A stretch of DNA of 59,728 nt, counting the filler, from Globobulimina sp. (Eukaryota), in assembly GCA_003354225.1 (NCBI GenBank). It is 13 parts of 13 records of this genome, joined end to end, with 100 filler letters (N's around TTAATTAATTAA, not from the genome) between each part and the next. Parts side by side here need not be neighbours in the genome. Positions count along the whole stretch, not along the records: positions 46,039 to 50,536 come from PIVH01001187.1; positions 50,637 to 55,133 come from PIVH01001188.1; positions 55,234 to 59,728 come from PIVH01001189.1; 10 more parts are not named here. One strand, written 5' to 3'. Both the position numbers and the translations under genes were made by a program. Below are positions 47,249 to 58,312 of this stretch, piece after piece; positions within the stretch are counted from its first letter, which is position 1, and each line of letters begins with the position of its first letter. The notes below the pieces were generated by a model. It made no database searches and was not told where the DNA came from. It was given only the letters and a program-made list of their open reading frames with translations.

Positions 47249-50200
47249 TTATGTTTTCGCATTTAGATTCCGTTTTTTATATTGAACAACATATTTATTC
47301 ACTAAATCATTGATCTTCACTTGCATATTGTCAATAAACTGCGACAAACTTTGTTTATCCGCTTCATTGCTTTGTTTCTCGTTAATTTGTTTGTACGCTT
47401 TCAAAACTTTCTTGTACGAACTCTCCAATATCTTATGTCTCTGCTCATCATCAAACAAAAGAACCATATCCTTATTCTCCTCCTTTTTCAACACAATGTC
47501 CAACTGTGCGCCCAAACACTTCTTCAACTTGACATCCGAGGACATTTTATTCTGACTGCCCTTATGATTGTGGCTGTGCTCGCGCCCAACGCCCAGCATA
47601 TCCTTTTCCTTTTGCTCCAACCATCGGACCATAGTCACCGGCAGCTCCTTATAAATCTGCTTACTTCTCCGCAGATCCTTCGGTCGCTGCTTCAAATACG
47701 ACACGCCCCAGATCTCCAGCAATGGGTTGTATTTCGACAGACCTATTTTCAAAGAAAACTGCTTCTGATGGCCATTAAACTGCGGCCGCTCGCATTCTTT
47801 CTGATGTTTATAGCGCGCAAACAACCCACCGATGCGCGTATTGCCCGAATATATCTCACTGCCATACGGCACCGTCGCCAATGCGGCCAATATCGACGTC
47901 GCTTCGCCGCCATTCTCCGCACCGTCATAGCTATCCTTTTTGCGATTGGCGCCGGTGTTGTTTTGATGCGATTTGATGATGATATCCATTAAGGGGTTGT
48001 CCAATGATTTGGATTTCTTGGCATTCTGCCTCTTCTTTCGCTTTTTGCGCCGATTACGAGGACTCTTACTCGGCGAACGAGACCGCGACCGCGAATACGA
48101 CGAATCGCTCGAATGCGAATAGGAGGAAAACGAGGACACTGTGCTGCTGCTCAGATGCGAGGAGGACGAGTCTGAGGATTTGTTGTGTTTCTTTCGCCGA
48201 ATACGCGACTTTTTGTATGATTGGACGCTCGCACTGCTCTCCGGTGAGGATACGGACCGAGAACGCGAACGAGAGCGCGAATCGGATGAAACGGAGCGAG
48301 ATCGCCGACGACTGCGGCATTTTTTGTCTCCGTTGGATTTGGTTTTGGTTTTCTTGGTGGATACGGATTTTAATTTGGATTTTGGTTTCTTTTTGTTTGC
48401 CGAGGTGGAGGTTTTCGGAGTGGCTGTTTTGGTTTTTTTGGTGGATTTGCTTTTCTTTTTTTTGGCTGATTTGGTAATTGGCGTCGCTGCGGATCGCATA
48501 TATTTGCTCTTTTTAGTGGCATTGGCGTCGCTGTCTTGTTGGTTGACGTTTGCATGGCAGGTCTCGTCCGGCGGTGCGCCCCAATCATCTTCGTCGGGAT
48601 GCACGTGATGGACATTGTGCATATTATGAATATTGTTGTCCATCTCCAACGGTGGCGGCGCGATGATATTATTGGTCGGACCGTGCGGCAATAAATCGCC
48701 ATATATCGATGTGTTGTTCTGTTGTGGTGGGAGGCTATGTGGATGCGGATGGACCGGCGGTGGTGGTCCGGGTCCCACACTGTGATGCATCGGCGGTATG
48801 CTATGTGGATGGTGTTGCGGCGGCATATTATGTGGATGCACCGGCGGGGCATGGCCGGGAGGCACAGATAGTGGCGGCGGCGGAGCGAGATACAGTTCCT
48901 GTGGATGGTGCATCGGCGGAGGAGCCACATGCGTTGGATGCGAAGGGTGCGGCGGCGGCAATTCGTAGTGCATAGAGTGTGGAGGCAGTTCGTAATGCAT
49001 TTGCATCTGTTGTTGTTGGTGCAGCTCCAGTTCCATCTCCATCTCTATCTGTTGCTGATGTTGATGTTGTCGCACAATGTGCGGTGGTGGCGGCTTAAGT
49101 GGCTCTTCTCCGCGTTTTGAAGCAATATGAATCTCTTCTTCCTCTGACGATGTATCTATTTCCATGTCGACAGAGCTCGCATTGGACGCTTCTTTGTCTT
49201 TTGGCGCTGTTTTTGGATCGGCGTCGCTGTGGTCGTCATCGTTGTGTTTGTTTTTCCACGCTTTTAAGCGGGCCAATCGTTCGTTTTTTTTCTCGTCTAA
49301 ATCTTTGGAGGTCGTCAAGGTGTCATCTCCTTCGATGTCGCGTACTGTCAATTTCATTCGAGACATATTGCGATCAATATCTGTGTCGGCCTCTTTCTCT
49401 GTGTTTTCCTTTTTTATTTCTGTTTCTTTATCTGTTTCTGCTCTGCGTTTGTTTTTTGTGTCGTCTTTGTTCTCTTCTTTTGGATCTTTTTTTTCTTTAT
49501 ATTTCTCACGCTCTCTGCTCTGCGGTTTATCGCGGCCATAATTATCCTTTTTATATTTATATTTATCTCTGTCCCTATCTCGCGATCTATCCTTTGATCG
49601 ATCTTTCTCTCTCAATTTATCCTTCGATGGGTCTCTATCTCTCGATTTATCGCTGTCTTTCTTATCTTTCTCGCTGTCTCTTTCCTGATATTTTCTATCT
49701 TTTCTATCCTTCCTATCTTTGCTGCGGCTCCTTGTCCTGATTGGCAGTCAAAACACAAACACATTCAACAAACACTGCAAACAATGCAACAAAAAGCAAC
49801 ACACCTTTGACGCTGCCTAGTTTTGCTGGAACTCCTTCGATTCCGTCCATATCGATCCGTCTTCCTATCCCTTGACCTATCTCTATCTCTGTAACTGGAC
49901 CTATATCGATCTCGAGTTCTGTTCCTATCTCTTTCTCGATCCTTCCTCCGATCCCTGGATCGTGACCGTGACCGCGACCTTGACTTTGAGTGTGACTTAG
50001 ATCGAGATTTCGAGACTTTATTCTTCCGCGATTTCACGGGTGTGGTGGACCTGGATTTGGATTTCGATTTGGATTTGGATCTATCCTTTTTTCTGTCTTT
50101 ATCCTCATCCTTATCCTTACTCCGATCGCCATCTCGCTCTCTGTCACGGTTACGAGTTCGATCTCGGTCTCGCGCTCTGTCCCGATCTCGGTCTCTATCT

Positions 50201-50536
50201 CTCTCTCTTCGTACATTCATTTTGGTGGAATACGACTTTGATAATCTATGCCTTGAATAGGATGGCGACCGCGATTTAGATTTTGTTTTTGCTTTTGCTT
50301 TTATGGGTGTTTTGGATTTAGATTTGGATTTGGAGCGAGACCGTGATCTATGCCTCGATTTTGAGGCCGATTCGGATGTGGATGCAGGTGCAGAGGGCGG
50401 TGCTTTATGTGTTTTTGAGTGTGATTTGTATCTGCAATGTGAGGGGGATTTGGAGCGTGATTTTTTCTTTGTTGAGTTTGTTTTTTTATCGTCTTCTGCA
50501 ATATCTATGGCTGGTTCTCGTGGTGGCGGTGACGGA
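47249..50536 (-). CDS. Very long Arg/Ser- and RD-rich low-complexity nuclear protein with a Pro/His-rich region; 5'-truncated
   Basis: The frame is open from the contig edge through RS/RD tracts. An intron near 49800-49737 leads into the 788-aa ORF, which has a globular C-terminus. Confidence 0.75.
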
Positions 50537-50636
50537 NNNNNNNNNNNNNNNNNNNNNNNNNNNNNNNNNNNNNNNNNNNNTTAATTAATTAANNNNNNNN
50601 NNNNNNNNNNNNNNNNNNNNNNNNNNNNNNNNNNNN

Positions 50637-52231
50637 GCCGAACCAATGGCAAATCCCTTGCCGGTCGCCGCCGTGGTATTACCCAAAGCATCTAAACCAT
50701 CCGTGGTGTCTCGCACATATTTGTCTAATTCGGCCATCTCTGCGATGCCACCGGCATTGTCTGCCACGGGCCCAAATGCGTCCGTCGCTAAAGTCACTCC
50801 CAAAGTGGACAACATACCGACTGCCGCTATCGCGATGCCATAATCGCCGCTTAATTCGTAACAGCCCAACACGGCGATGCAGATCACAAACATCGGTGCG
50901 ATGGTCGACAACATTCCGACACTTAAACCTTGGATTATGACTCCGGCCGAACCAATTCGTGATTTTTTCGCTATGGATATGGTTGGTTTGTATGCGAACG
51001 AAGTCGCATATTCGGTACAAATGCCAATGGTTTCGCCGGCAATTAAGCCGATTGTGATGCAGCCCAACACATAGTAACACGTCGAGGAGTCGAAGGAGAA
51101 GAATAAGCCGCAAGAGACATACGAGAGGCCCCACGACAAGACGGTGGCCGTGGTGATGCCGCGTCGGATGGTATGCAATAAGGTATTTTGTAGGTCTTCG
51201 TGTTGCTGGGCGGCGGCTTCTAATAACACTTTTTTGTCGCTGTCCTGCTTCGCCTCTTGGTTTGGGCCATGTTTGTCGCTGCTTGTACGCACCATAAATA
51301 TGCCAATAATACCGGCGAAAATGCCAAACCCTGCGATCCAAAACGGTAAAGCAACAAAATGGTCGCGATCTAATGAGTATCGCTCGTCATCGGCGGTATC
51401 CTCGCCGACATCGGTAACGACCCGAAAAGTGGAGACCGCAGCCTCGGATAATTGGATGGTGGCAATAATGGAACCCACGAAAGACTCAAACAAATCGGCC
51501 CCCATTCCAGCTACATCGCCGACGTTATCACCAACATTATCCGCGATGGTGGCTGGATTCTTGGGCGAATCCTCAGGTATATCGGCTTCCACTTTGCCCA
51601 CTAAATCTGCCCCGACGTCCGCCGCTTTTGTATAAATACCACCACCGACGCGCGCAAACAATGCAATCGCAGAGGCTCCAAAGCCAAAGCCAGCCATATA
51701 AGAGGTATCGCGTTGCGTATTGCCGCCGATTATCACATATATCACAATTAAACCTAATAATCCTAAACATACCACAGAGAGACCCATCACTCCACCACTC
51801 CCAAACGCGACGGATAAGGCTGCGTTCAAACTGGTCTTCGCCCCGTTGGCTGCTCTCACATTGGCTTCCACCGCAATTAACATACCGGCATACCCACAAA
51901 AAGCAGACAATGCTGCGCCAAACAAAAACGAGACTCCCGTTTCGAGCCATTTTGCAGTGATACCGCCAATGATGACATACATCAAAATTACAAAGATAAA
52001 TAAATAAATATACTCTCTGTGTAAAAAGGCTTTTGCGCCTTCTTTTATTGAGTCAGCAATTGCTACCATTTTGGGAGACCCTTTTTCTTTTTTCAAAACA
52101 CGAAATATTGCTAAATACACTATAACAAATAAGCCAACTACGGATCCTGCCAAAGCTGGTGCTATTTTCATTAATGTCTCATCCATATTCCCAATTTGAC
52201 CCACTTCTTCGCCTTGCGCACGGCTTGACAT
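50637..52231 (-). CDS. Membrane H+-translocating pyrophosphatase, K+-dependent type, 3'-truncated
   Basis: [52 protein letters not shown] and GNTTAA (Ala indicates K+-dependent). Confidence 0.97.
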
Positions 52232-53540
52232 CTTGTTCTTATTCTTATTCTTATTCTATCCAATCTGGTTTATTATGGCTGTTTTTTTCGTTGTTGTAGG
52301 AGTGGTGATGGTAAGTCAGAAGTAGTTGGAGTCAGTAGAATGTTTTTGGTAAGTCACAAATTACAATTTAGTAAAGATTTATATGAATAAAAAATAATAA
52401 ATATTTGAATTTTTTATAAGAGCAACCATGGAAATAGTATTTTATCAGAAGTCAATAAAATCGTGCCTGGGAACGAACGTGTTTCTAAAAATAAAGTTTT
52501 CGAGTGGGGGGTGAAAGAGAATGTGATTGGATGTTGCCGAATGTGATTATATAGATTTAATAAGATATGTTTGTTATGTTTATTATTATAATTAAAACAA
52601 ATATGAGCTGCTTTTTTTGCGTAAATATCCGCAATCCGAATGCCATGATTTATTTTATAATTTCTATACAAATAATTTATCAAAACATAGTAAGGCATTA
52701 ATATTAAGCATGCATTTCAGAGTAAACATCAATGTTTGTATGTAAACAATGATTTTGTGTGTATTTATTATAAATTCAATATATTGTTATCCGATGTGGC
52801 GGTCCAAACAACCAATTAATATGAAACAAGATCGAATTGGTTCATAATTAATATCGGTTAAAGTCCGATGGCAGGTTACATGATTGTCATGGACAAATGT
52901 ACCAATATCACGACGGGCAGGTTCGCAGATTATATATGGGACATAATGTTTGCGAACGGAAATACTGCCAATTTTCCGTAGATACCGCATGGATTTATAG
53001 ATGTTTCGTTTTCCAGCAACAGTTAATGTCATATTCTTACGCAATTTCTTCTTCTTTGCCTGTTTAAAAAGTGTTTTCAATCGATGCAAAGCGCACTCCG
53101 ATGGTATCGAGCAAGACAGCCAAATACGTTTCAATTTTTTCAAGGCATTGCTGTCATCAACAATCTCTTTTGTACACCATGTCGATAGACATACTTTGTT
53201 TTCCCAACACAGCCAATATGTTTACTGGCATTTCGATGAATGATACAATAAAATTCGTGGGCAATCTCATCAATGACATGCTGTGAACTATTACCATTTC
53301 TAACGGAATTAATTCGTGTTTGCAACAGGCGTAAATCGTGTATACAATGTAATTTATACAAATTAAGATGTCGTGGATTCTGAAAACGATAATTGATATT
53401 ATTAACATTAAATGACTGTGCATAATATTATTAACATTAAATGATCCTGGTGAGGCCAGGTGACGAGCTCAGTTCTTGTGTACAACTGAGCTCCCGTGAG
53501 GCAAAGTGTCTAACTGTGTTCCATGAAATTATTTTTGTAA

Positions 53541-53873
53541 AAACATAATATTGTAAAAATAGAGGAATCAATTGTTCTTTCAAGTGATCACGGTTATGTT
53601 GCATATGTTCCGTTAAGTGTAATTAAACACACCGGTGGGGAATCAATTGAAGGAGGGCATTTTATTACTGAAAAATATTCTAAAAAAATAACTCTATTTG
53701 ATCAGAGAAATTGCTATGTTATTATTTATAAAAAAGCACAGCAATCAGAGCAACAAGTTTTTGTCTCAAAATATTTACAAGAAAAAAATGAACAAAAACA
53801 AATCACGAAACAAAATAATAAAAATAAAAAACAAAGGAAACCAAATGTAACTGAAATAACAGCAATACAATAA
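53541..53873 (+). pseudogene. Ubiquitin-specific protease His-box fragment
   Basis: A frame without a start codon reads KIEESIVL...YVPLSVIKHTGGESIEGGHFIT...CYVIIYKK. No Cys box is visible upstream. Confidence 0.5.
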
Positions 53874-53970
53874 TCTTATTTTCAAAAGATTAATAAATGA
53901 TTCCACAACTAAAGACACAATTATTAATTATATATGTGCAAATGGCTGGGATTATAATAAAATAATTTGT

Positions 53971-55133
53971 ATGAGTGCCAACCAGTTTGCAGAAAGTATT
54001 TCTACACATTTACCAAATACAAATATTAAAAGTAAATTAAAATTATTATATGAGAGAATATTGGATCGCATTAAACTTAATAAAAATAACAATAAAAACA
54101 AACATAAAAAAAGAACGTACAATACAATGACTGGAGATATAAATATGGATAGTGACTCCTATACTAAAAAACCAAAAATAATTAGTAAATTAACTAAACA
54201 ACAGAGATATAACCTCACACTTAAAGGTAAAGCTCGGAAAAAAAAATATGCCGCCACCAAAAAGGGTAAAGAAACCCAAAAAAAATATGTGAAAACAAAA
54301 AAGGGCAAAAAAAAAACTAAAGAAACCAAAAAAACATATGTCGCCTCCAAAAAGGGTAAAGAAACTAAAAAACAATATGCCGCCTCCAAAAAGGGTAAAG
54401 AAACCAAAAAAAAATATGCAGCCACCACACAAGGTAAAAAAACCCAAAAAAAATATGTCAAAACAAAAAATGGTAAAAAAAAAACTAAAGAAACTAAAAA
54501 AAAATATGCTGCTTCAGACAGAGGAAAAGAAACAAAAACAAAATATGCAAATAATAATAAAAAAAAACAATTGCCAGATTATTTTGTAAACGATGAGTGG
54601 CAATTATATAAAAAATACCAAAAAACTCTAAAACATGAATTTGATGCTGATGATTTAATTAATTTGAGCATACAAGAAATAAAAAACATATTTCGATTAA
54701 GAACAACTGGTGTAGTTGCAAATGAGTCTGCGTTACAAATAAAACGGTCAATAGTTGAAGAAATTATTAAGTATATCAAAGCTAAACATGAACCAGAATT
54801 ATTTGAACGAGCACAATCACACATGACTCATTTTTTTGATGATTTTGAATCAACAATCATTTTGTTCAAAATTTTGAATTTAAAATTAATAGATTGCTGG
54901 AGATTAACACAGTCTACATCTGTCAAAATACTTGGTAAAACTATATTTAATATAATTAAAGAAGATAAGGAAGAAAAGAAAGTCAATGGTGATATTAATC
55001 ATATTGAAAAACGATTCGAAACATCAGAATTGCTTAATTTATCGATACAAGAACTCCGCGAATTATTTAACATTTCGTTGCAAAAAGCTAGAAAATTAGT
55101 TAAAGAAATTCCAAAAGATAATTCAATCAAAGC
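53971..55133 (+). CDS. Protein with Lys-rich 13/17-aa tandem repeats (KKYAATKKGKETQ), partial
   Basis: About 8 repeats of 39/51 bp at ~54240-54550, and a duplicated (D/E)L(I/L)NLSIQE motif. Confidence 0.65.
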
Positions 55134-55376
55134 NNNNNNNNNNNNNNNNNNNNNNNNNNNNNNNNNNNNNNNNNNNNTTAATTAATTAANNNNNNNNNNN
55201 NNNNNNNNNNNNNNNNNNNNNNNNNNNNNNNNNTATTAAAATATATATGTTATGTTAATTTTTATTCAGTTTAATTGGTTATTAATAGTATTAGTTGATT
55301 TTTATTCAATTTACTATATTTAAAAATAAGTCCATTATATATTCTTGTTTTTAAAAAATTAAATATATTTAAATGA

Positions 55377-58097
55377 TTATTGTTTTAAACGTTCAATTAA
55401 TTCTGCTTTTTTCCCAGAAACTTTTAATCCTCTCTTTTTACATTCTTTTTTTAATTCACTTACTTTTGTTTTACTTGTAATTATAAATTGTTCAACTAAT
55501 TCAGTTACTTCTTCAGATGATTGTTCTTCTTCTGTTAATTCTTCTCCAATTTCTTCAACTTGTTCTTGTTCAGTTGTTTCTACTATTTGTTGGTCTTGTT
55601 GTTCAATAGTATATGATTGTGTAATTATTTCTTTAAGTAAATGATTAATTTCTTGAACCTCTGTTAAAATATCATTTTTTCTTTTTTCTAATACATTTAA
55701 ATAACTTACGACCCTATTAATATTTTTATCATCTACGAATAATATATCAATTTGTTTAAGATTTGTTTTTGATATAACTTTTTGTCCTGCTCCATGATAA
55801 TATCTCTGTAAAATATTTTTATTAAACTTTAAGAAATAATATATGTATTTTGTTTTAATATTATCTTCAGTTTTTATGGCAAAAGCATTATCTGTTAAAT
55901 ATATTTTTTCAGTATTATAAATAATATGAATATCTCCTACTCTTGTTAGAATAATATTATCTCCTTCCTTATTATAAGTATTATGTTTTCCCATAACTTT
56001 TCCACCACCAATAACATTATAATCACCTTGTATCATTCTTTTTTTTGGTAAACATTTTCCAGAATCAATTGTAGTGATATCATCTAGTTTTATTAATGTA
56101 TTATTATTTTTCTTTAATTCTTTTCTTAAATAATATTCCATTTGATTTTCAATACCATTATATCTATTAAGTAAAAAATTAGTTTGGTCTGTTAGATCAT
56201 TCCCAGAAAATATAATTTCTTCTTTAATATAATTTGTAGGATTTGGTATTGATATATTAATTAATCTTTCTTTTGTAATTGATTTTCTACCTGAACCAAT
56301 CATTATTTTTTCTAAAACATCAATGTTGTTTTTTAAATAATAATAAATATATTGTGTAGTCAAGTCGTCCTTTGCTTTAAAATGAAAAACAGATGAACCA
56401 ACTCCATATTTTTCTTTTGTTAAATATATATTAACCTTACCTGAACCATTAATAGCATTAATAACAAGAGCAACACCTTGGAAATCTTTTTTCTCATTCC
56501 AATCTTTCATATATATGTTTTTTTTATAACTACAAAAATATAAAGGATAATTTCCAGTTTCTAAACCATCTCTTTTAGAATTTCTTGTTCCTATTTTTAA
56601 AAATGTTACTAAATCTCCAAGTTTTTTTAATTCACAAGTTGAATTATCTTGTAATTTTTTATATGTTTCATCAATTAAATAATCAACTGGATTCCAAGAA
56701 TAATTATTTTTTTCTAAATCATCAATTGATACATTACATATTTCAATAATTTTTGAACCATCATCATTAATTTCTAAAAATTGTATATTTTCTGTTTGTT
56801 TTCCTTCCTTTTTAATGAAATATATTGCTACTGTTTCAACACCTGTATGTGTAAAAGAACCAGAAGGAATTTTTAAAATCTTTTTAATAATACAATTCTC
56901 ACAAAAATATTTTCTATAATCTTTATAATTTTTACTAGATGTTTCTTCACCGTCTTTTATAATTAATACTCCTATTTTTTTCGTTTTATATAATACTAAT
57001 TGTGATGATAAAACAGCATCATTTTTTCTACTATTATGAGGTATAATTTTTTCAATATTAGGTAAATTTGGTTGAACTTGTTGTAATTTTTCATATGAAC
57101 TCTTAATCATTTCAAAATTCATTGAAGAACCAAAAGGAACATTATGAGTTGAAATATCTAAATGTGGAGAAATAAATTTTTCAAATGAAGTTCCTTGAAT
57201 AATATTATCAAATTTATCAATTGATAACATAGCATTTAAATAAGCATAATGATATGTTTTTTCATTATATTCAACACCATACATATTTTTACCTTGTATT
57301 TTAATATTAAATTTATCTTCTAAAAATTTTTTAGCATGTAATGGATAACCAAATGTTCCACAAAATTCATCTCCCAATGTAGAATTATCATTAATGTCTA
57401 AATCAATTAAATCTTGTTTATCAATTAATTCAAAAGTCATTCTCATAACAGGTCTTTCTGTAAAGAATTGTCCCATATCTTTACCTCCACCACCACTATA
57501 ATTATTAATAAAATGTTCATATGTATAACCAATTAAATCAGATAAATTTGTATTATTCATAAGACCAATTTTATTATTTTTAATTCTATTAAACATTTTA
57601 GAAATAACCAATCCATTCTTACAAATTAAGAAATTTTTATTTCTAAAAATATTTTTTGTAATTGGATGAATACATAATAAAGCACCAGCTTTATTAATAG
57701 CATCTTCACCTTCAAATGTTCTTAATTCATGTGTTTGTCCAATTAAATAACTAATTTTTAAATATTTTATTAAATAATCAAAATGTTCTAAATCATCTTC
57801 ATCATTTATATTATCAATACCTTCAATGCGACCTACATAATATTTTATATTTTCTAAATCAAAAAGCCCTTTTGTTGATATTTTATCTTCAATAAAACAT
57901 AAAGCAAATGTTTTTATTATATCATTAAGTGCTTCATTCCCAGTTACACCTGAACCTCTTAATAGATTATGTATTGAAGTAAGTAAATTTACTAATTCTT
58001 CTTTGAATTGTTGCTCTGTTGTTAATTCTTTTTCTTCTTCTTCGCTTAACGAAAAGATAATTTTATTACTTCTTGTTTTTTTGGTAAAATTAGACAT
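55377..58097 (-). CDS. Type I-like N6-adenine DNA methyltransferase fused to two HsdS-like target-recognition domains and a C-terminal SAP domain
   Basis: MTase motifs GQFFT, DEFCGTFG (I), YGVE, NVPF (IV) and FTHTGVET. TRD1 runs KLGDLV..YPLY..GSGRKSITK and TRD2 runs KLDDI..GKCL..GAGQKVISK. An acidic linker leads to VSELKKECKKRGLKVSGKKAELIERL (SAP). Confidence 0.9.
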   Translation of the reverse strand: MSNFTKKTRSNKIIFSLSEEEEKELTTEQQFKEELVNLLTSIHNLLRGSGVTGNEALNDIIKTFALCFIEDKISTKGLFDLENIKYYVGRIEGIDNINDEDDLEHFDYLIKYLKISYLIGQTHELRTFEGEDAINKAGALLCIHPITKNIFRNKNFLICKNGLVISKMFNRIKNNKIGLMNNTNLSDLIGYTYEHFINNYSGGGGKDMGQFFTERPVMRMTFELIDKQDLIDLDINDNSTLGDEFCGTFGYPLHAKKFLEDKFNIKIQGKNMYGVEYNEKTYHYAYLNAMLSIDKFDNIIQGTSFEKFISPHLDISTHNVPFGSSMNFEMIKSSYEKLQQVQPNLPNIEKIIPHNSRKNDAVLSSQLVLYKTKKIGVLIIKDGEETSSKNYKDYRKYFCENCIIKKILKIPSGSFTHTGVETVAIYFIKKEGKQTENIQFLEINDDGSKIIEICNVSIDDLEKNNYSWNPVDYLIDETYKKLQDNSTCELKKLGDLVTFLKIGTRNSKRDGLETGNYPLYFCSYKKNIYMKDWNEKKDFQGVALVINAINGSGKVNIYLTKEKYGVGSSVFHFKAKDDLTTQYIYYYLKNNIDVLEKIMIGSGRKSITKERLINISIPNPTNYIKEEIIFSGNDLTDQTNFLLNRYNGIENQMEYYLRKELKKNNNTLIKLDDITTIDSGKCLPKKRMIQGDYNVIGGGKVMGKHNTYNKEGDNIILTRVGDIHIIYNTEKIYLTDNAFAIKTEDNIKTKYIYYFLKFNKNILQRYYHGAGQKVISKTNLKQIDILFVDDKNINRVVSYLNVLEKRKNDILTEVQEINHLLKEIITQSYTIEQQDQQIVETTEQEQVEEIGEELTEEEQSSEEVTELVEQFIITSKTKVSELKKECKKRGLKVSGKKAELIERLKQ

Positions 58098-58125
58098 ATT
58101 AAGTGTTTTATTATATATTATACAA

Positions 58126-58133
58126 TCAATTTT
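58126..58133 (-). promoter_or_regulatory. AAAATTGA Mimiviridae-type early promoter motif
   Basis: TCAATTTT on the + strand, about 30 nt upstream of the MTase ATG (58097). Confidence 0.7.
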
Positions 58134-58233
58134 ATTTTATTTTATAGTAGTATAAGTAATGAGTTTATAATGGATTAAATATATAGTTATGATAAGTTTT
58201 GGATAATTATATGGATTATATATAATATATAAA

Positions 58234-58241
58234 TCAATTTT
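58234..58241 (-). promoter_or_regulatory. Second AAAATTGA motif
   Basis: TCAATTTT on the + strand in the same 215-bp intergenic gap, in the same orientation. Confidence 0.55.
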
Positions 58242-58312
58242 AACAACAAAAAAAACATTTTTTAAATTAAGTCCATTATAAAACTTTATTTTTAAAAAAA
58301 ATAAATATTGTT

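Noticed and set aside
47310-50588. Many plus-strand ORFs over the RS-rich gene (likewise over the PPase, transketolase and coiled-coil genes)
   Set aside because: Antisense shadows of low-complexity or codon-biased real genes.
52414-53423. Short minus-strand ORFs upstream of the PPase
   Set aside because: No recognisable motifs and inconsistent frames; possibly a decayed gene but not supportable.
53446-53500. Hammerhead ribozyme or SECIS reading of the hairpins
   Set aside because: GTGACGA resembles CUGANGA but no GAAA follows the stem, and the helix length and apical AA needed for a SECIS are absent.
4510-55233. Regularly spaced TTAATTAATTAA palindromes about every 4.6 kb
   Set aside because: Artificial six-frame-stop linkers embedded in N runs, not biological repeats.
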